DNA of 58,534 bases, counting the filler, from Sphacelaria rigidula (Eukaryota): assembly GCA_964200075.2 (NCBI GenBank). It is 10 parts of 10 records of this genome, joined end to end, with 100 filler letters (N's around TTAATTAATTAA, not from the genome) between each part and the next. Parts side by side here need not be neighbours in the genome. Positions count along the whole stretch, not along the records: positions 1 to 5,764 come from CAXNAA020024638.1; positions 5,865 to 11,628 come from CAXNAA020024639.1; 8 more parts are not named here. One strand, given 5' to 3'. Each line of letters begins with the position of its first letter. The stretch's first letter is position 1. The notes under the pieces were generated by a model. It ran no database searches. It had not been told where the DNA came from and saw only the letters and a list, made by a program, of their open reading frames with translations. Shown here one piece after another: positions 1-11,728 of this stretch. The translations under genes were made by a program, and so were the position numbers.

Positions 1-425
1 ATGATATCACCGGCAAAGTCGACGCATAAAAACGGAAGAGAGAACTAGCGGAGTGAAATAACTGCAACCGGCAAAAGAATATTTGGGCCGTCCAAGAGCT
101 ACAGTGGCCTGGAAAGTGTCGCATATCACACGCATGCGACAGACAACAGGCGCCTTAGGGGTTGCCGGTCGTAGGAGCAGCTGTCATTGCTCAACAAGGA
201 GAAAGCAACAGCGCTGACAACTGTACATGTGAAAACCAATGGCAGCGACGACCAGTTAGCCCGCGCGCGGCAATATGTGTCATTGACACGCCAATCCACA
301 TAATTTTCTTCTAGTACGCAAGGCGGGGGGTTACTACAAACGAGAAACGAAAATCTCGAAAACAGGCAAAGAGTTTCACACATGCACACGTCTAGTTTTG
401 CAGTACAAGTAGACCACCGACGCAC

Positions 426-553
426 CGTGGCTTTCTTGAAGCACAGGCCCTTGTGCGCGTTCCGATCAACGATGCCCCCGATGACGTAAACCTTCTCCGT
501 TTCCAGCTGGGTGAGTGTGTTGGGTGAGTCCGCGGTAAGGTACACCAATTCCT
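426..553 (-). CDS. TRMT10: tRNA (guanine-N1/m1G9) methyltransferase Trm10 family, internal exon
   Basis: [43 protein letters not shown] carries the Trm10 SPOUT motifs ([21 protein letters not shown]); cag acceptor, gtgcg donor; phase 1 matches the exon at 1577-1742. Confidence 0.93.
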
Positions 554-749
554 CTGGCGCGGAGGTGAGGCACGGCAGGATCGGGCAAAAGCAAGTTGGA
601 ACAACAGATTCCGTCAAGCTCCACACAAGATGGGAGGTCAAAATGTGAGGAGTCGCGAGCGAAAACGCCAAAATCGGTAACACCTGAATAACAGTCCACT
701 GGATACGAATATTGCCGCGGGCTGTCAGATGAATATCGAATAAACGACC

Positions 750-1125
750 ACTGATTGATTGATTGGTTGATAGATATATCGATTGATTGGTTGCCGCACA
801 TGAACCTATTCGCTACGAATTTAGCCGCGGTCGCAGGATAGGCGATGGGCATACCCAAAGGGAATTGACGTGAACTTTCCTTGCTGAGGCAGCTGGAGAA
901 AGGGGAACGACGGGAAAGGAAGAATAAAAACCCAGTAAAGTCATCACGGAAAAAATAAACCGGACAGGCCCCTCCCGCATGGATTTCGGTGAGGAGGCCC
1001 TTGACAAACCCAAACGCTTTATGCCGCGAAGGTGTAACGTTCTCCGATAAAATAGTGAGAGGTGGAGAGATGGAACCTGTCTCGTAAGGTGGCGGACAGA
1101 ATTTCACTTGGTACCTCACGTGGTG
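750..1125 (-). mobile_element. probable retroposon 3' end with (ATCA)n tail
   Basis: Non-coding intronic segment ending on the minus strand in caatcaatc...caatcaatcaatcag; class inferred only from the tail. Confidence 0.35.
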
Positions 1126-1146
1126 GGCACTCGCAAGGGCACATCT

Positions 1147-1228
1147 CCCCCCCCGCCCGCCCCCGGCACAATGGTCACACGACTAAGGCAAGCAACGAAT
1201 GAGTACGCCCTCCTCCCCCCCCCCCTCC
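1147..1228 (+). repeat. poly(C)-ended dispersed repeat, short form
   Basis: C-tract + caatggtcacacgactaaggcaagcaacgaatgagtacg + C-tract; matches copies at 3608, 17593, 35617. Confidence 0.85.
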
Positions 1229-1576
1229 ACGTTTACTTCCCTCTCCTTCCACAGAACGAGCCCACCGCCTTAAGGGATCAAACCTTACCCTCACCCCAGT
1301 ACCTGCCCGATGATTTGTTCTTGTCGAGAGTTAGATCAGTAACCGCAAACCTTCGACTGCCGACGACCTTTTCGATGAATCGCGTCTTCACGCTTCCCAC
1401 GATGGAAACCAGTGGAATACATAATTGCTGTTGGGAGTCGAATCCACAAGTCCGCCCGAACTGGCCCATGGCGAACAAAATTTGACCATCGGACTGCGGC
1501 GGTCCCCCGTACACTGATAGAGGCTAATCGAACTAAGACACGCTGAAGGAGAGAAGGTGGAGTTTCCGGAGCCCAC

Positions 1577-1742
1577 CTTTCTTGAAAACCTCGGTGTAAC
1601 AGCGACTCTCTGTGGTGAATCCTAGCCACGTTTCGAAACCCGCTAATCTGCTGATCGCGGCAGTCATTCCGTCTCCCATGCCACTCAAAGTCACGAGGGA
1701 CGGTTGTTTCGCTTTCCTGTTGCGCCCATACAGGTACAATAT
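1577..1742 (-). CDS. TRMT10: Trm10 family methyltransferase, internal exon
   Basis: ILYLYGRNRKAKQPSLVTLSG...RLAGFETWLGFTTESRCYTEVFKK; cag/gtggg boundaries, in phase with both neighbouring exons. Confidence 0.88.
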
Positions 1743-3157
1743 CTGTCGAGTCCCCCACACAAGCGGACGCGAGAGGGGCAGAACAGCGCTTGAGATATTG
1801 ACATGGCATGTTTGCCAACTGTGGTGTGCGATGTTGATGTTGACTATATACGGACCATGAGCATTTTTTCACAGCACCAACTGCTGAGCCCGCGGTAAAG
1901 CAAATATATATATTGAGAGCATCGTGCTGCCACGGAGTACTGGCTAGTGCAGGCGCTGTGTCGGCGCTCTAGCAGTACGCCCTGAGTCGTGGATGTAGAA
2001 TGGAGCACACACACATCATGATAGTTCTGGAGATGGTGAGTCTCTCGTTGTGGACCCGACAGCTAGCAAGCTGTCGGCAGTGGAAAAGGATCGTCATGGA
2101 TATTGTTCAGGGGGCCGGAGGCACGGTTCCTGAATAATGCCGAGAACATGCTCTCCGCCATGTAAATACTATAACTTAGTAGCACATTGCTCCCGTCAGA
2201 AAGAGGTAATATGCGCCGATACTAAGGGAACCTTTTAACTAGTAGATGCTGACGTTCACTACAGCCGAGTGACGAAATACAAGCACACGGAAACCGACTC
2301 CGACTAACGGTACACTCGACGTAGACGAAGGCGTTGACAAGACCAAGTGCAGCACGTAGACTGATCAATACGGGGGGCGGGCAAAGCTCACACGATTCGC
2401 CATCCCCTAAACCTTTATAATCATCCCCCTGGTAAACCCCCTCCCCCTCAAACGACACATTGCAGACTCAAGGTGCGAAGCACCAAGTGCAGGTAACATA
2501 TGCGCATAGCTCCATACTTGCGACAAAATTTTGTACTTGTAGTTATATTCTGTACTTCAGAGACCATACATCAAGTCAGGAATCACCACACGAAAGTGGG
2601 AAGTATCCGAGGTAAGGATATGCTGTAATCAACAAAAATGTCATCACATCCAAAGTGCACGCCCTTGAACAGAGACCCTAGCGAAGAAAACGTGCCGACG
2701 GTAGTAAGCACCACAAACACCTGTGTATCACACCATGGCGCACTAAGGAAGTCACGCCTAGATTAACCCAGACCATGAAATATGCCAAAAGTAAATGTTC
2801 GGCCGCCATGAATAGGCACGTTCAGCTTGTGGTCGTGAGCGGCGGTTGCTTCAAAGTTGTACCATACAGTTAAACGCACACGGCGCGCCATCGCGGGTGC
2901 TGATGATGCAACTACCAAGGCGAGCATGTCCCCACTAATCACTAACCAAATAGCGACTACCCTCGAAGTGCAGGCTTCGACGCCGGCAAACCTCTACCCA
3001 TGAACACGGCGCTCGTACGGTAACGCATAACAAGGTGACATGGGAAACTCCGGGACAAAACCCAATTCACTGGATCCACATGTAACCATAACCTACATTA
3101 TATTTTCCTCTATAATGCGAAAAACTAGTCTGCCGGAGAAGAGTTTCACGTGCATAC

Positions 3158-3374
3158 CTGCTGAACCGTGCTCGCCCTGGCTTTCTCCAGCATGAGATGC
3201 TCGAACGCCATGTCCACGCACACCCGGTAGCCTCCGCCACGCGCCAAATCTTCGAACTCCTTTTTCTTCGCCATTCGGATTTTTTGGCTCACGGACCACT
3301 GCTCTGGGGGCAGGTCTCGCCATAGCTTTCCTGTTTGCGGGATCTCAACTCCAGCCTGTCGCATTGCCTCCTCC
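3158..3374 (-). CDS. TRMT10: Trm10 family methyltransferase, internal exon
   Basis: EEAMRQAG...GYRVCVDMAFEHLMLEKARASTVQQ resembles the Trm10 D-x-x-F-x-x-LM motif; cag acceptor, gtatgc donor, phase 0 into the next exon. Confidence 0.85.
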
Positions 3375-3607
3375 CTGCCTCCGCACCCCGAATGCGAATG
3401 AAGAAAAAAAAACGTTGTCGCGTCGGGTGTGGTGAGAGGATAGAGAAGGCGCCCGCCGCCTAGACACGTGAAATTAGGCTGAGGCTCAATGTTTCATATT
3501 TTTCCCGCCGCAAGATATGTTCTTCTTTGCCCATGCCTTATTTGGCGAAAGTTTATCACCAGCCGCTATATACTCTTTCTTTTCTCTTACTGGGGAACAA
3601 CATCGAA

Positions 3608-3690
3608 GGGGGGTACTCATTTGTTGCTTGCCTTAGTCGTTTGACCATTGACCACCCATCCCTTTCGAGACGGAGCAGGGGGGGGGAGGG
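3608..3690 (-). repeat. poly(C)-ended dispersed repeat, short form
   Basis: gggggg-tactcatttgttgcttgccttagtcgtttgaccattgaccacccatccctttcgagacggagca-G tract. Confidence 0.85.
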
Positions 3691-4584
3691 GTGTTGCAAT
3701 AGGGTACTCGGGGTCTTCTGAGAGCACGCATGATATACTGTAGCGCCATTCCACGGTTTTCCACACGCCACCCAGCTGCCTATTCATGTATGGCCTGCAC
3801 ATATAGTAGCGGCCCGCTCATGAGAAAAACTGAAAATCAGGCTTAGCCTGAGTTTCTTGCCTGATGCAACGACCTACTGAATTGAACTTAGTGTAGCGCG
3901 CGTAGCTGAGACTCAACACTTTCTATTTCAGGAGGCAACTCAACCTGATTTTCTTACAACCTCGTTTCTCACGAGCGGTTGGCTACTATACGCACCAGCT
4001 TTTGTAAACGTGGAACGTAATATGAAGTGAGTGTAACGTATTTTCGTCTTAATTGATCTAAAAAAATTGGCGGAGCAGCAGTGCCATGATCCACGATATG
4101 CATGCTTCTCAATCCGGCATGTCGATCACCGCTGGTGGGACCTAGGACGCACCGTAACCACCCCAAATCAGTTCTTTTTGTAAAAACTTTATCCTTCAAA
4201 CTGCCGCAAAATCTAAAATACTGCTGCCGTGCTGCTACTCTGCTCTAGAGGCGGCGGGGAGGGAGAGGAGGGGAGGCGGGGGAGGGTATACACTTTAGGG
4301 CATTACGTTTGCTTTCCCGCTCCTGTCCCGGTTCTTCCTCTTACTGACATTGTCAATATTTATTACTGTTGTCATTATCAGTACTATCATTATCATTATC
4401 ATTATCGTCATCGTCATCATCCTTATCATCATTTCCGCGTATTAGCCCGGTTTCTCGAACTCGTGGTCACACACGTACATACTTTAGGGCATGAGGCCCG
4501 GTAGTTTCCACGGATGTCAGTCACCTACCGCCCAACGGTGTTACCGGCAATACCAGTGTGCAGATAATCGGCATCCCTATTCTA

Positions 4585-4897
4585 GGTCGCCCCGGTGGCT
4601 CAGTTGGTAACCTCGAAACCTTCTGACGGTTGGGTCGTGGGTTTGAATCTNNNNNNNNNNGGTAGACAAAATTCGACTTCACGGACGACGAAGCAAAGGG
4701 ATTGCTGAACCCCTCTCGCGATACAAAATAAAGGCAAGCACCGCAGAAGGAAGGTGGAGTACTAAAAATAAGAGAAAATAAAAGACTCCTGTGTTGGCCT
4801 CCCTCCTGTGTGACCCCGGCTGGTGCGCCCACATATACCGAATGGTGTACAGTAGATCGGCGTCCAGAATAGATGGGGCGACAAGACACAACACACT
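4585..4897 (+). mobile_element. tRNA-derived SINE
   Basis: Head GGTCGCCCCGGTGGCTCAGTTGGTAACC with A-box and GGTTTGAATC B-box-like motif, conserved body, CA-rich tail; five copies in the window; 10-N gap inside. Confidence 0.8.
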
Positions 4898-4992
4898 ATT
4901 CTTAATTGCCAGATTCTTATGTTGTGACAAATTCCGATGTCTCTGTATTAGCCCAGATTTCCCATCAAAAAAAGAAATTCGGGGCTAAGTTG

Positions 4993-5472
4993 TGAGGCCG
5001 TTTCTTATGGGGGAAAATCTGCACTTGCACGAATCTCAGGATTTCGGCACAGCTGCTGGAGATTCCTTCCGTAGATTGATTATTCGGATCCCAGTCTATT
5101 GGGCAATGTTTCTCGGCTAGCTGTAAAAAAACAAATTAATTCTCCAATTCTCTGGACGTTGACTTTCGGTATGCCACCTTTCTGCTCAAATCGAAACATT
5201 CCCGAATATGCTTATAGAACAAACAGACCTGCGCTCCAAATCTGCACCTCACGCACGCATATTCGGGAGTATCTCGATTTGAGCATAGAGGTGACATAGC
5301 AAAAGTCAGCGCCCAGGGAGAATTGATCTGGTTTCCTTATAGCTAGCCGAGAAACATTGTCCAACCGACTGGGCTCCGGAAAATCAATCCACGGGAGAAA
5401 ACCGCCTACAGACAGGCTGAAATCCTGAGATTTGTACAAGTACAGATTTTGTTTCCATAGAAAACGGTCTCA
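4993..5472. mobile_element. foldback/MITE with ~215-bp imperfect inverted arms
   Basis: TGAGGCCGTTTCTTATGG...CCATAGAAAACGGTCTCA; arms about 4993-5210 and 5257-5472; one-arm relative at ~30484-30725. Confidence 0.8.
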
Positions 5473-5681
5473 GTAACCCGTTTCTGAGTGTATTAGCGGG
5501 CGCCGTCTGTGAAGCGGCCTGGTGTGGACGGGTCGCAGTACAAAAAAATCTCCTCACCACCCAAACTCCGGTAGCTGGGCGATACCGATAGCACAGGAAT
5601 ACTGCACTGCAGCAGTGACAGATTTCACAAATAGCTCATGCTAAGGAGCCAGGAACTGAGCGTTTTATTAGGGTCCTTATT

Positions 5682-5764
5682 TGTGTGTGTGTGTGTGTGT
5701 GTTGTCGTCCCATCTATTCTGGGCGCCAGTCTACACCTTTCGGTATATGTGGGCGCATCAGCCA
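5682..5764 (-). mobile_element. tRNA-derived SINE, 3' end cut by contig edge
   Basis: Reverse complement of the SINE 3' body (gcgcccacatataccgaaagg...gaatagatggg) with (CA)n tail. Confidence 0.75.
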
Positions 5765-5864
5765 NNNNNNNNNNNNNNNNNNNNNNNNNNNNNNNNNNNN
5801 NNNNNNNNTTAATTAATTAANNNNNNNNNNNNNNNNNNNNNNNNNNNNNNNNNNNNNNNNNNNN
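5765..5864. other. artificial contig linker N44-TTAATTAATTAA-N44 (also 11629-11728, 17493-17592, 23357-23456, 29221-29320, 35084-35183, 40947-41046, 46810-46909, 52673-52772)
   Basis: Identical 100-bp linker with six-frame stop cassette; contigs are 5764, 5763 and 5762 bp, i.e. size-sorted. Confidence 0.98.
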
Positions 5865-5935
5865 ATACATACATACATACATACATACATACATACATAC
5901 ATACATACATACATACATACATACATACATACATA
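5865..5935. repeat. (ATAC)n microsatellite
   Basis: Perfect tetranucleotide run at contig edge. Confidence 0.95.
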
Positions 5936-6069
5936 AATATTCTTCGCTTTTTTGTTCATCAGTACAACTTACTCTTTTCTACGTTAGGCAACCTCCTTTG
6001 AACGAAAATACAAAATGATGTGACGTGCAGAGCAAAAAAGAAGGGTTTTCCTCGGGGTTTTTTGTGTCA

Positions 6070-6234
<165 letters not shown>

Positions 6235-6569
6235 TCAACACAGGGAGACAAACAGACAGACAGGCCGGTCCTTGATTCCCTGTACCAATGTGCCACGTGA
6301 CTGTTGCAACGTTCAACATTGCAAGGCTCAGAATAGAGACAACCTCCTTTTGTTAAAAAAATGAACGAGGAAAAGTTTGATACGAACTTTGACACACACA
6401 TATATATGTATATATAAGTGCGCGTCAGTTCCTGATCGCAAAAGTCACATTTCACTGTACCATGACTTCCATCAACCGACCCCGACCCTATCCCCACGAG
6501 ATTGTGAATCTAACCTTGATTCGCTTCACTTGTTCGGTACTGTATTCATCAATCCCTAAATCCTGGAAG

Positions 6570-6850
6570 AGGGATGTACGCATTGTATTGCATGCCCTAG
6601 TCATACGACCATTGACCTCGCACCCCTTCGAGACCGAGCACGCCAGGATTTCTCCGGATCAGGCTCGCCATCGTTCACAAAGGGCCAAACACCGCGAGGC
6701 GCAGGAGGGGTGAACTGCATCCCGCTAAGATTGTTCGGCCCGAAGAATATTGATATCTTGCATTTGGTTGACAGCCTCGAATGACTTGTCTCATTTTCTG
6801 GTATTGCCACTTCCAGAGGCAGGCATCGGTTACACATTGCCTGATCTGTA
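6570..6850 (-). repeat. poly(C)-ended dispersed repeat, long form (diverged)
   Basis: gcatgccctagtcatacgaccattgacctcgcacccc...ctgcatcccgctaagatt...tcttgcatttgg...ggtattgccacttccagag; homologous to 11442, 23148, 23457, 34910. Confidence 0.75.
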
Positions 6851-7416
6851 TGTCTCAGACTAGGGTGATAGTATGTGTCATGACATACATGGAAGTAGCG
6901 AAAGTGGCCCAAACACCAAACATAACGTCTTCCGAGGACGCTTTCAGAAACAAAAAAGGGCTGGGGTATATAGCTTACATTCGAGGGACCAGAATACAAC
7001 ATCCAAAATTCAAAGTCCGAGATCCGTGATCCGAGATCCAACTTCTGGGTAACTGTCACGAAAAAAAGAGGATTCGTGAAGGGGTGTTGGAGGTTACACG
7101 AGGAAAGAAAAAGAAAAAAGCTTTCAAATGGTTCCAACGGTCGGTAGAATGAATGATTCGTCTGGAAACTACTTGATTCTAGTGTCGTTGTTTCGTACCG
7201 TACGAATCAATCCTTAGACTTTGTTTTCAGCGTTGCAACCCAGGCACGCGCAGCCCAGGCACGTGGAATCGCTCGAAATTGCGTGGAGACCTTTTTGACC
7301 AGCGGTCAACTTTCTTCTCTTTCGAGCAACCAGGCCTGAAAAATCGTGTATTTGGTGATTCGGATCGGCGATGATTCGTCCCAACCGTGAAGGCTTTAGT
7401 TTGTTGGTTGGTTTAC

Positions 7417-7560
7417 CTGGGCTGCGGCTGCAGCTTGCAAGACAAGACAGTCAGTTCTCCGACGTCGCCGGACAGGGGAAAGCCCCTCCCGCTCCCGGCT
7501 CTTTTAAGCATGTCGTCCACGCACAGCTTGCACGATCCCAGCACTGTGTGCAAGCCAGAT
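7417..7560 (-). CDS. CPNE: copine, exon ending the C2B domain
   Basis: RSGLHTVLGSCKLCVDDML...GELTVLSCKLQPQPS; aag/gtaa; phase 2 on both sides joins the neighbours in frame. Confidence 0.85.
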
Positions 7561-7839
7561 CTTCTCGCCGTGGGTGCAGAAAAGGGAAAAGAGCGGCGAC
7601 AGCGAGAGGTACAACAAGAACAAAAAAACATGAGGTTGTTTATGGGTTTGGTTTCCTTCTTCTCTTGTCATCGATAGACAGCAGGTAAAACAAGGAGGAA
7701 AAAAAAAAAGGCCTTGAACCAATTGTTCATGGCTTTTGGGATTATTCCTTTCCATTTACATTATTACTTGAGGGAGCCTGAGTTCTCTTTTTTTTTTGCT
7801 CTCCCTTCTCTTCTTCGTGGGACTATACTGTAACTGCAC

Positions 7840-7946
7840 CTCTGGTAAGCCAACAGTTCGACAACCAACGGTCGATAGGGATCTCCGTTCGCCAGAATGG
7901 GAAGCCCCACCTTGCTTTCTTTCCACTTGCACTCGCCTGAGACAAC
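7840..7946 (-). CDS. CPNE: copine, C2B exon
   Basis: VVSGECKWKESKVGLPILANGDPYRPLVVELLAYQR resembles copine W------L-NGD--RP--VE; cag/gtgcag. Confidence 0.87.
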
Positions 7947-8244
7947 CTGATCATCAAATAATGGCAAACAAACAAGCAACAAAGGAGGAGATGCGCACAT
8001 AAATAAAAATGAAATTGGACACGTGTAATTGTACAAGAGAACAAAAAGGTTTGGTTGACGGTGATTACATTGTCGAAGGAGAGACTGCGACAGGACGTAA
8101 GTAGCACCCCCCCCCCCCCTCCCCCCCCGTTGCCGATTTAATTAATGACACTCGATGTACTCATGAGGTAACACCACCAACAATAGTGATGATGATAATG
8201 ATGATAATTATCACACAAAATAACAACTAAAACAAGAAGGATAC

Positions 8245-8381
8245 CACACCCTGGACGATAGATTACATTTGTCAAAAAAGTACTGCGTACAGTATCGAAT
8301 ACAGTGTCTATTGCAATAGACACAATAGTCGATACTGCATGCAGTACACTTTTTATTCGTGTGTTCTGTTGTACAGGGTGT
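8245..8381. mobile_element. small hairpin MITE with CACACCCTG termini
   Basis: CACACCCTGGAC...GTACAGGGTGTG, internally palindromic; second copy at 25499-25636. Confidence 0.75.
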
Positions 8382-8384
8382 GAA

Positions 8385-8655
8385 GAATATCAGGAATAAT
8401 ATTAAGAAGAAGAAGGCTAAGAAGAATGATGATGATGATGATGATAATATTAGTAAGAATAAGAACGAGAATAGTAGCAATAAAGATAAGAACAAGAATG
8501 CTAAGAAGAATGATGATGATAATAATATTATTAGTAAGAATAAGAACAAGAACAGTAGCAATAAAGATAAGAATAGTAGCAATAAAGATAAGAACAAGAA
8601 GGCTAAGAAGGAGGAGGAGAAGGAGAAGGGGAATAACAACAACGATAACATATAG
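8385..8655. repeat. compound AAG/AAT/GAT low-complexity minisatellite
   Basis: Repeated blocks aagaatgatgatgat...aataatattagtaagaataagaac...agtagcaataaagataag inside a copine intron. Confidence 0.85.
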
Positions 8656-9887
8656 TGGAAAGCCGCGGCTGATACACGTGGCAGTAGTGCCGCAGGCATC
8701 AACGCCACGGGTCTCGAACGCATGGAGGTTTTGAACACATTTGGCGAAAAACAAGAAGATAATCCCGACGTACACCATAATTCATGAGTACAAGCAGATG
8801 AAGACTTCTAACCCCACGGCTGTCCGGAACCACTACGAAAGAAGAAAGCCCGACAGTTTTGGCACCAACCCGACAGAGCTACACAAGTAGAGAATCTATC
8901 GCAAAGAAGCAAGGATCGTACCGAGTAGGATGGGGCCTCACCATTCGGGATACGTGCTGCGAGACAGTCGGTGAGCATTGGTGCATCCGGTGCGAGGCAG
9001 TCGGTGACGACTCGGAGATAGATCGATACCTTGTTACCTTCGCAGACAGCTACTCGCAACCCGGAGGTTCGTGGCACGCAGCTCACACATGACACGCGAC
9101 TTAGCTCGGCAGACTGGAGAGCTTAAAACATATGTGCGTTGGCTACGCAGATGAGGGAGCTTATTTGTCCGCATTCGTCTCGAACTTAGAGTGGTGAGCA
9201 AAAAAACAGATGTGTATAGATGTATACATACATATATGTGCGTTGGCATAACGGAGAAAAAAGGCTTCCCTCGACACTTGATTCAACACCGGAGCGGAGA
9301 CAAATCAGAGAGCTTATTTGTCCGCATCCGTGTCGGTTTCAGAGTGGCGTGTCGAAACACTGTCCTACATCGTTGTACTGATCACCCTTCGCGGACGGCT
9401 CCACAGTATACAGCTTAACCGTCCACGGTACTGGGTACACAGTGCGGTTAGATACATGAGGGTGGTGATTGCACATCGCACTGCGTTCCACCAGCGCACA
9501 TTGGTCGGGCACCCTGTTGCTCCATAGGTGTCCCGGCTCGGTTGGGTGAGGGTGGTTCGTGACGGGAAGTACAAAAAGCATTGGACTGCTGTGCATGCAT
9601 GCAGTGGTATTGGTGGACTACGGAAAACGGGCGTTTCAAAATTCGAGGGATAAAAGAAACAGCTTGACCATTTTCAGGTCGGCTCATCTCTCGCACTGCT
9701 CGTGCGCGGTGATTGACAGTGACGGCTTCCTGCAGAGAGCAGCAGGGGGAAAGAATTTCAATGGTTGTTTGTACTGTATCAAGTGTGGGAAAAGGCTCCA
9801 CTTGACACTTGATCGAAGACCGGAGCGGAGAGACATTCACACTAATAATACAATTGATCCTAATCCTAATAATAGAGCAATACTAAT

Positions 9888-10215
9888 GCCGGTCGCCCCG
9901 GTGGCTCAGTTGGTAACCTCGAAACCTTTCGACGGCTGGGTCGTGGGCTCGAGTCTCGGAGCAATCTGCGACTATGTCGCGGGTGCACAAAATTCGACTT
10001 AACGGTCGATGAGGAAAAGGAGCCGCTGATCTCGCGATAAAAAAGAAAGGAAAGCACCGTAGAAGCAAGGTGGAGAACAAGAACAAATAAAAAAAGGAAG
10101 AACTCCTGTGTTGGCCTTCCTCCTGTGTGACCCCGGCTGGTGCGCCCACATATACCGAAAAGTGTAGACCGACGTCCAGAATAGATGGGACAACACGACA
10201 ACACACAACAACAAC
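9888..10215 (+). mobile_element. tRNA-derived SINE, near full length
   Basis: A-box TGGCTCAGTTGG, B-box-like GGCTCGAGTC, body, CAACA tail followed by (CTA/CTG)n. Confidence 0.83.
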
Positions 10216-10303
10216 ATACTACTACTACTACTGCTGCTGCTACTACTACTACTACTACCATTGCTACTAACAAGGAGAAAAATAAGAATGAAAACCGGCT
10301 CAC

Positions 10304-10376
10304 TTGCGCAACCTCTGTCTTGAAGCAGGGAAGAGGCTCCCCTTGTTCCGTGGTCCGGCTGAACCGGGCAAACACC
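10304..10376 (-). CDS. CPNE: copine, C2B exon
   Basis: VFARFSRTTEQGEPLPCFKTEVAQ resembles copine F--FSR----G------KTEV; cag/gtgag; phase 0 to next exon. Confidence 0.83.
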
Positions 10377-11441
10377 CTGTGCGAGGAAGCCAATCAACCA
10401 GGGGAGTGCCGGTCGAAAACGTTAGGGTTGAGACTACGTGGCCAAGAACACAGGCTAAACAGCGGGGAAATAAAAGGCCAATAAAGGCGGAGGGACGAAA
10501 AAGACCATGCTGGTTATGTCACACATAGGGTGGCAACTTCTACAATAATTTGAAACCTGCAATCAACTCTGTAATAATTCTCACATGGCCGACGGTTGTA
10601 TCGAGGACCAAGACCGAGGCCACCGAATAATATACCCCTCCCCTCCCTCCCGCGAGCTAGGAGAGCGATCCATCAAACGCAAATGCGCACAGAAGAAAAC
10701 TCAACGCACGCACATGATGAACACACTCTGGGAACAAAACTCGACATACTTACACGCACAAAGGCGCACAAAAAAACGAAAAATAATAATAAAAGGGAGC
10801 ACAAAACACACACACACCCTGCAGTATTACACTATACGCATCTTCGAAACTGAAGAAACAACACCAACGAAGAGAAAAAGAGATGAAAACGAACGGGAAG
10901 GACAGGAAAGGACAGAGCAAGAATTGGAAAGTGAAGGAGAAAAACGGGTCCCGATTTAATGACATAAAGAAATACGGATACGAATCCCAACAAATTAGCG
11001 GTCTTTACTAAGCACAATCTTGTCTTCCATCGCTAAAAGCGTGAAAGGACGAGAGCAGCAAAACAAAGTGACGAATGTGGACGGGGTGCAGGAGTGCTGA
11101 TACAATGCTTGACACCAAGATTCAACTACAGTGCAGCAGATACTGGGGGAGAGATGTGTTGGTTGATCTTTGGAGAAGAAGGAATTCTTGTTCCGGGGAA
11201 GCGGGGGGGGGGTTAAAACAAAAGTACTGTGTGATGAACGAGAAAATAAATATCATAATTATAAACCACTGCAGTAGCATGACCAAAAAAAACGTCCAAG
11301 GAAGGTGTAATTGACTACGAGTATGAGAATATTTTTCAGCCACCGCTTGCAGTAGAAACATTCAACTAGAGCCTGGTATACATATATATATATATATATA
11401 TACCCTACCCGATATAACCCCCTATACAAGATGATTGAATG

Positions 11442-11628
11442 GTGAGACACCCATGAGGCAGTGTAAAAGCCATGGCTGTCTCGGGAAGTGGCGATACCAC
11501 AGCATAAAGCAACTCATTGCAGGCTGTCATCCATTTGCAAGATAATCAGTAGGATTCGGGTCGGACAATCTTTGCAGGGTGCAGCTTGCCCTTCATGTGA
11601 CTCGCCGAACATACCACGGCGCTTCGCG
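11442..11628 (+). repeat. poly(C)-ended dispersed repeat, long form, distal part
   Basis: ggtgagacacccatgaggcagtgtaaaagccatggctgtctcgggaagtggcgatacc... matches 34972-35083 and 23457-23735; cut by contig edge. Confidence 0.8.
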
Positions 11629-11728
11629 NNNNNNNNNNNNNNNNNNNNNNNNNNNNNNNNNNNNNNNNNNNNTTAATTAATTAANNNNNNNNNNNNNNNN
11701 NNNNNNNNNNNNNNNNNNNNNNNNNNNN

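Noticed and set aside
5765..5864. Regularly spaced TTAATTAATTAA every ~5.86 kb
   Set aside because: Artificial linker between size-sorted contigs; any gene cluster inferred across linkers would be false
8211..8778. Long hydrophobic or K/N-rich ORFs
   Set aside because: Translations of a low-complexity trinucleotide satellite within a copine intron
9888..9960. tRNA gene
   Set aside because: Has A/B boxes but no proper anticodon arm or acceptor stem, and is always attached to the same SINE body
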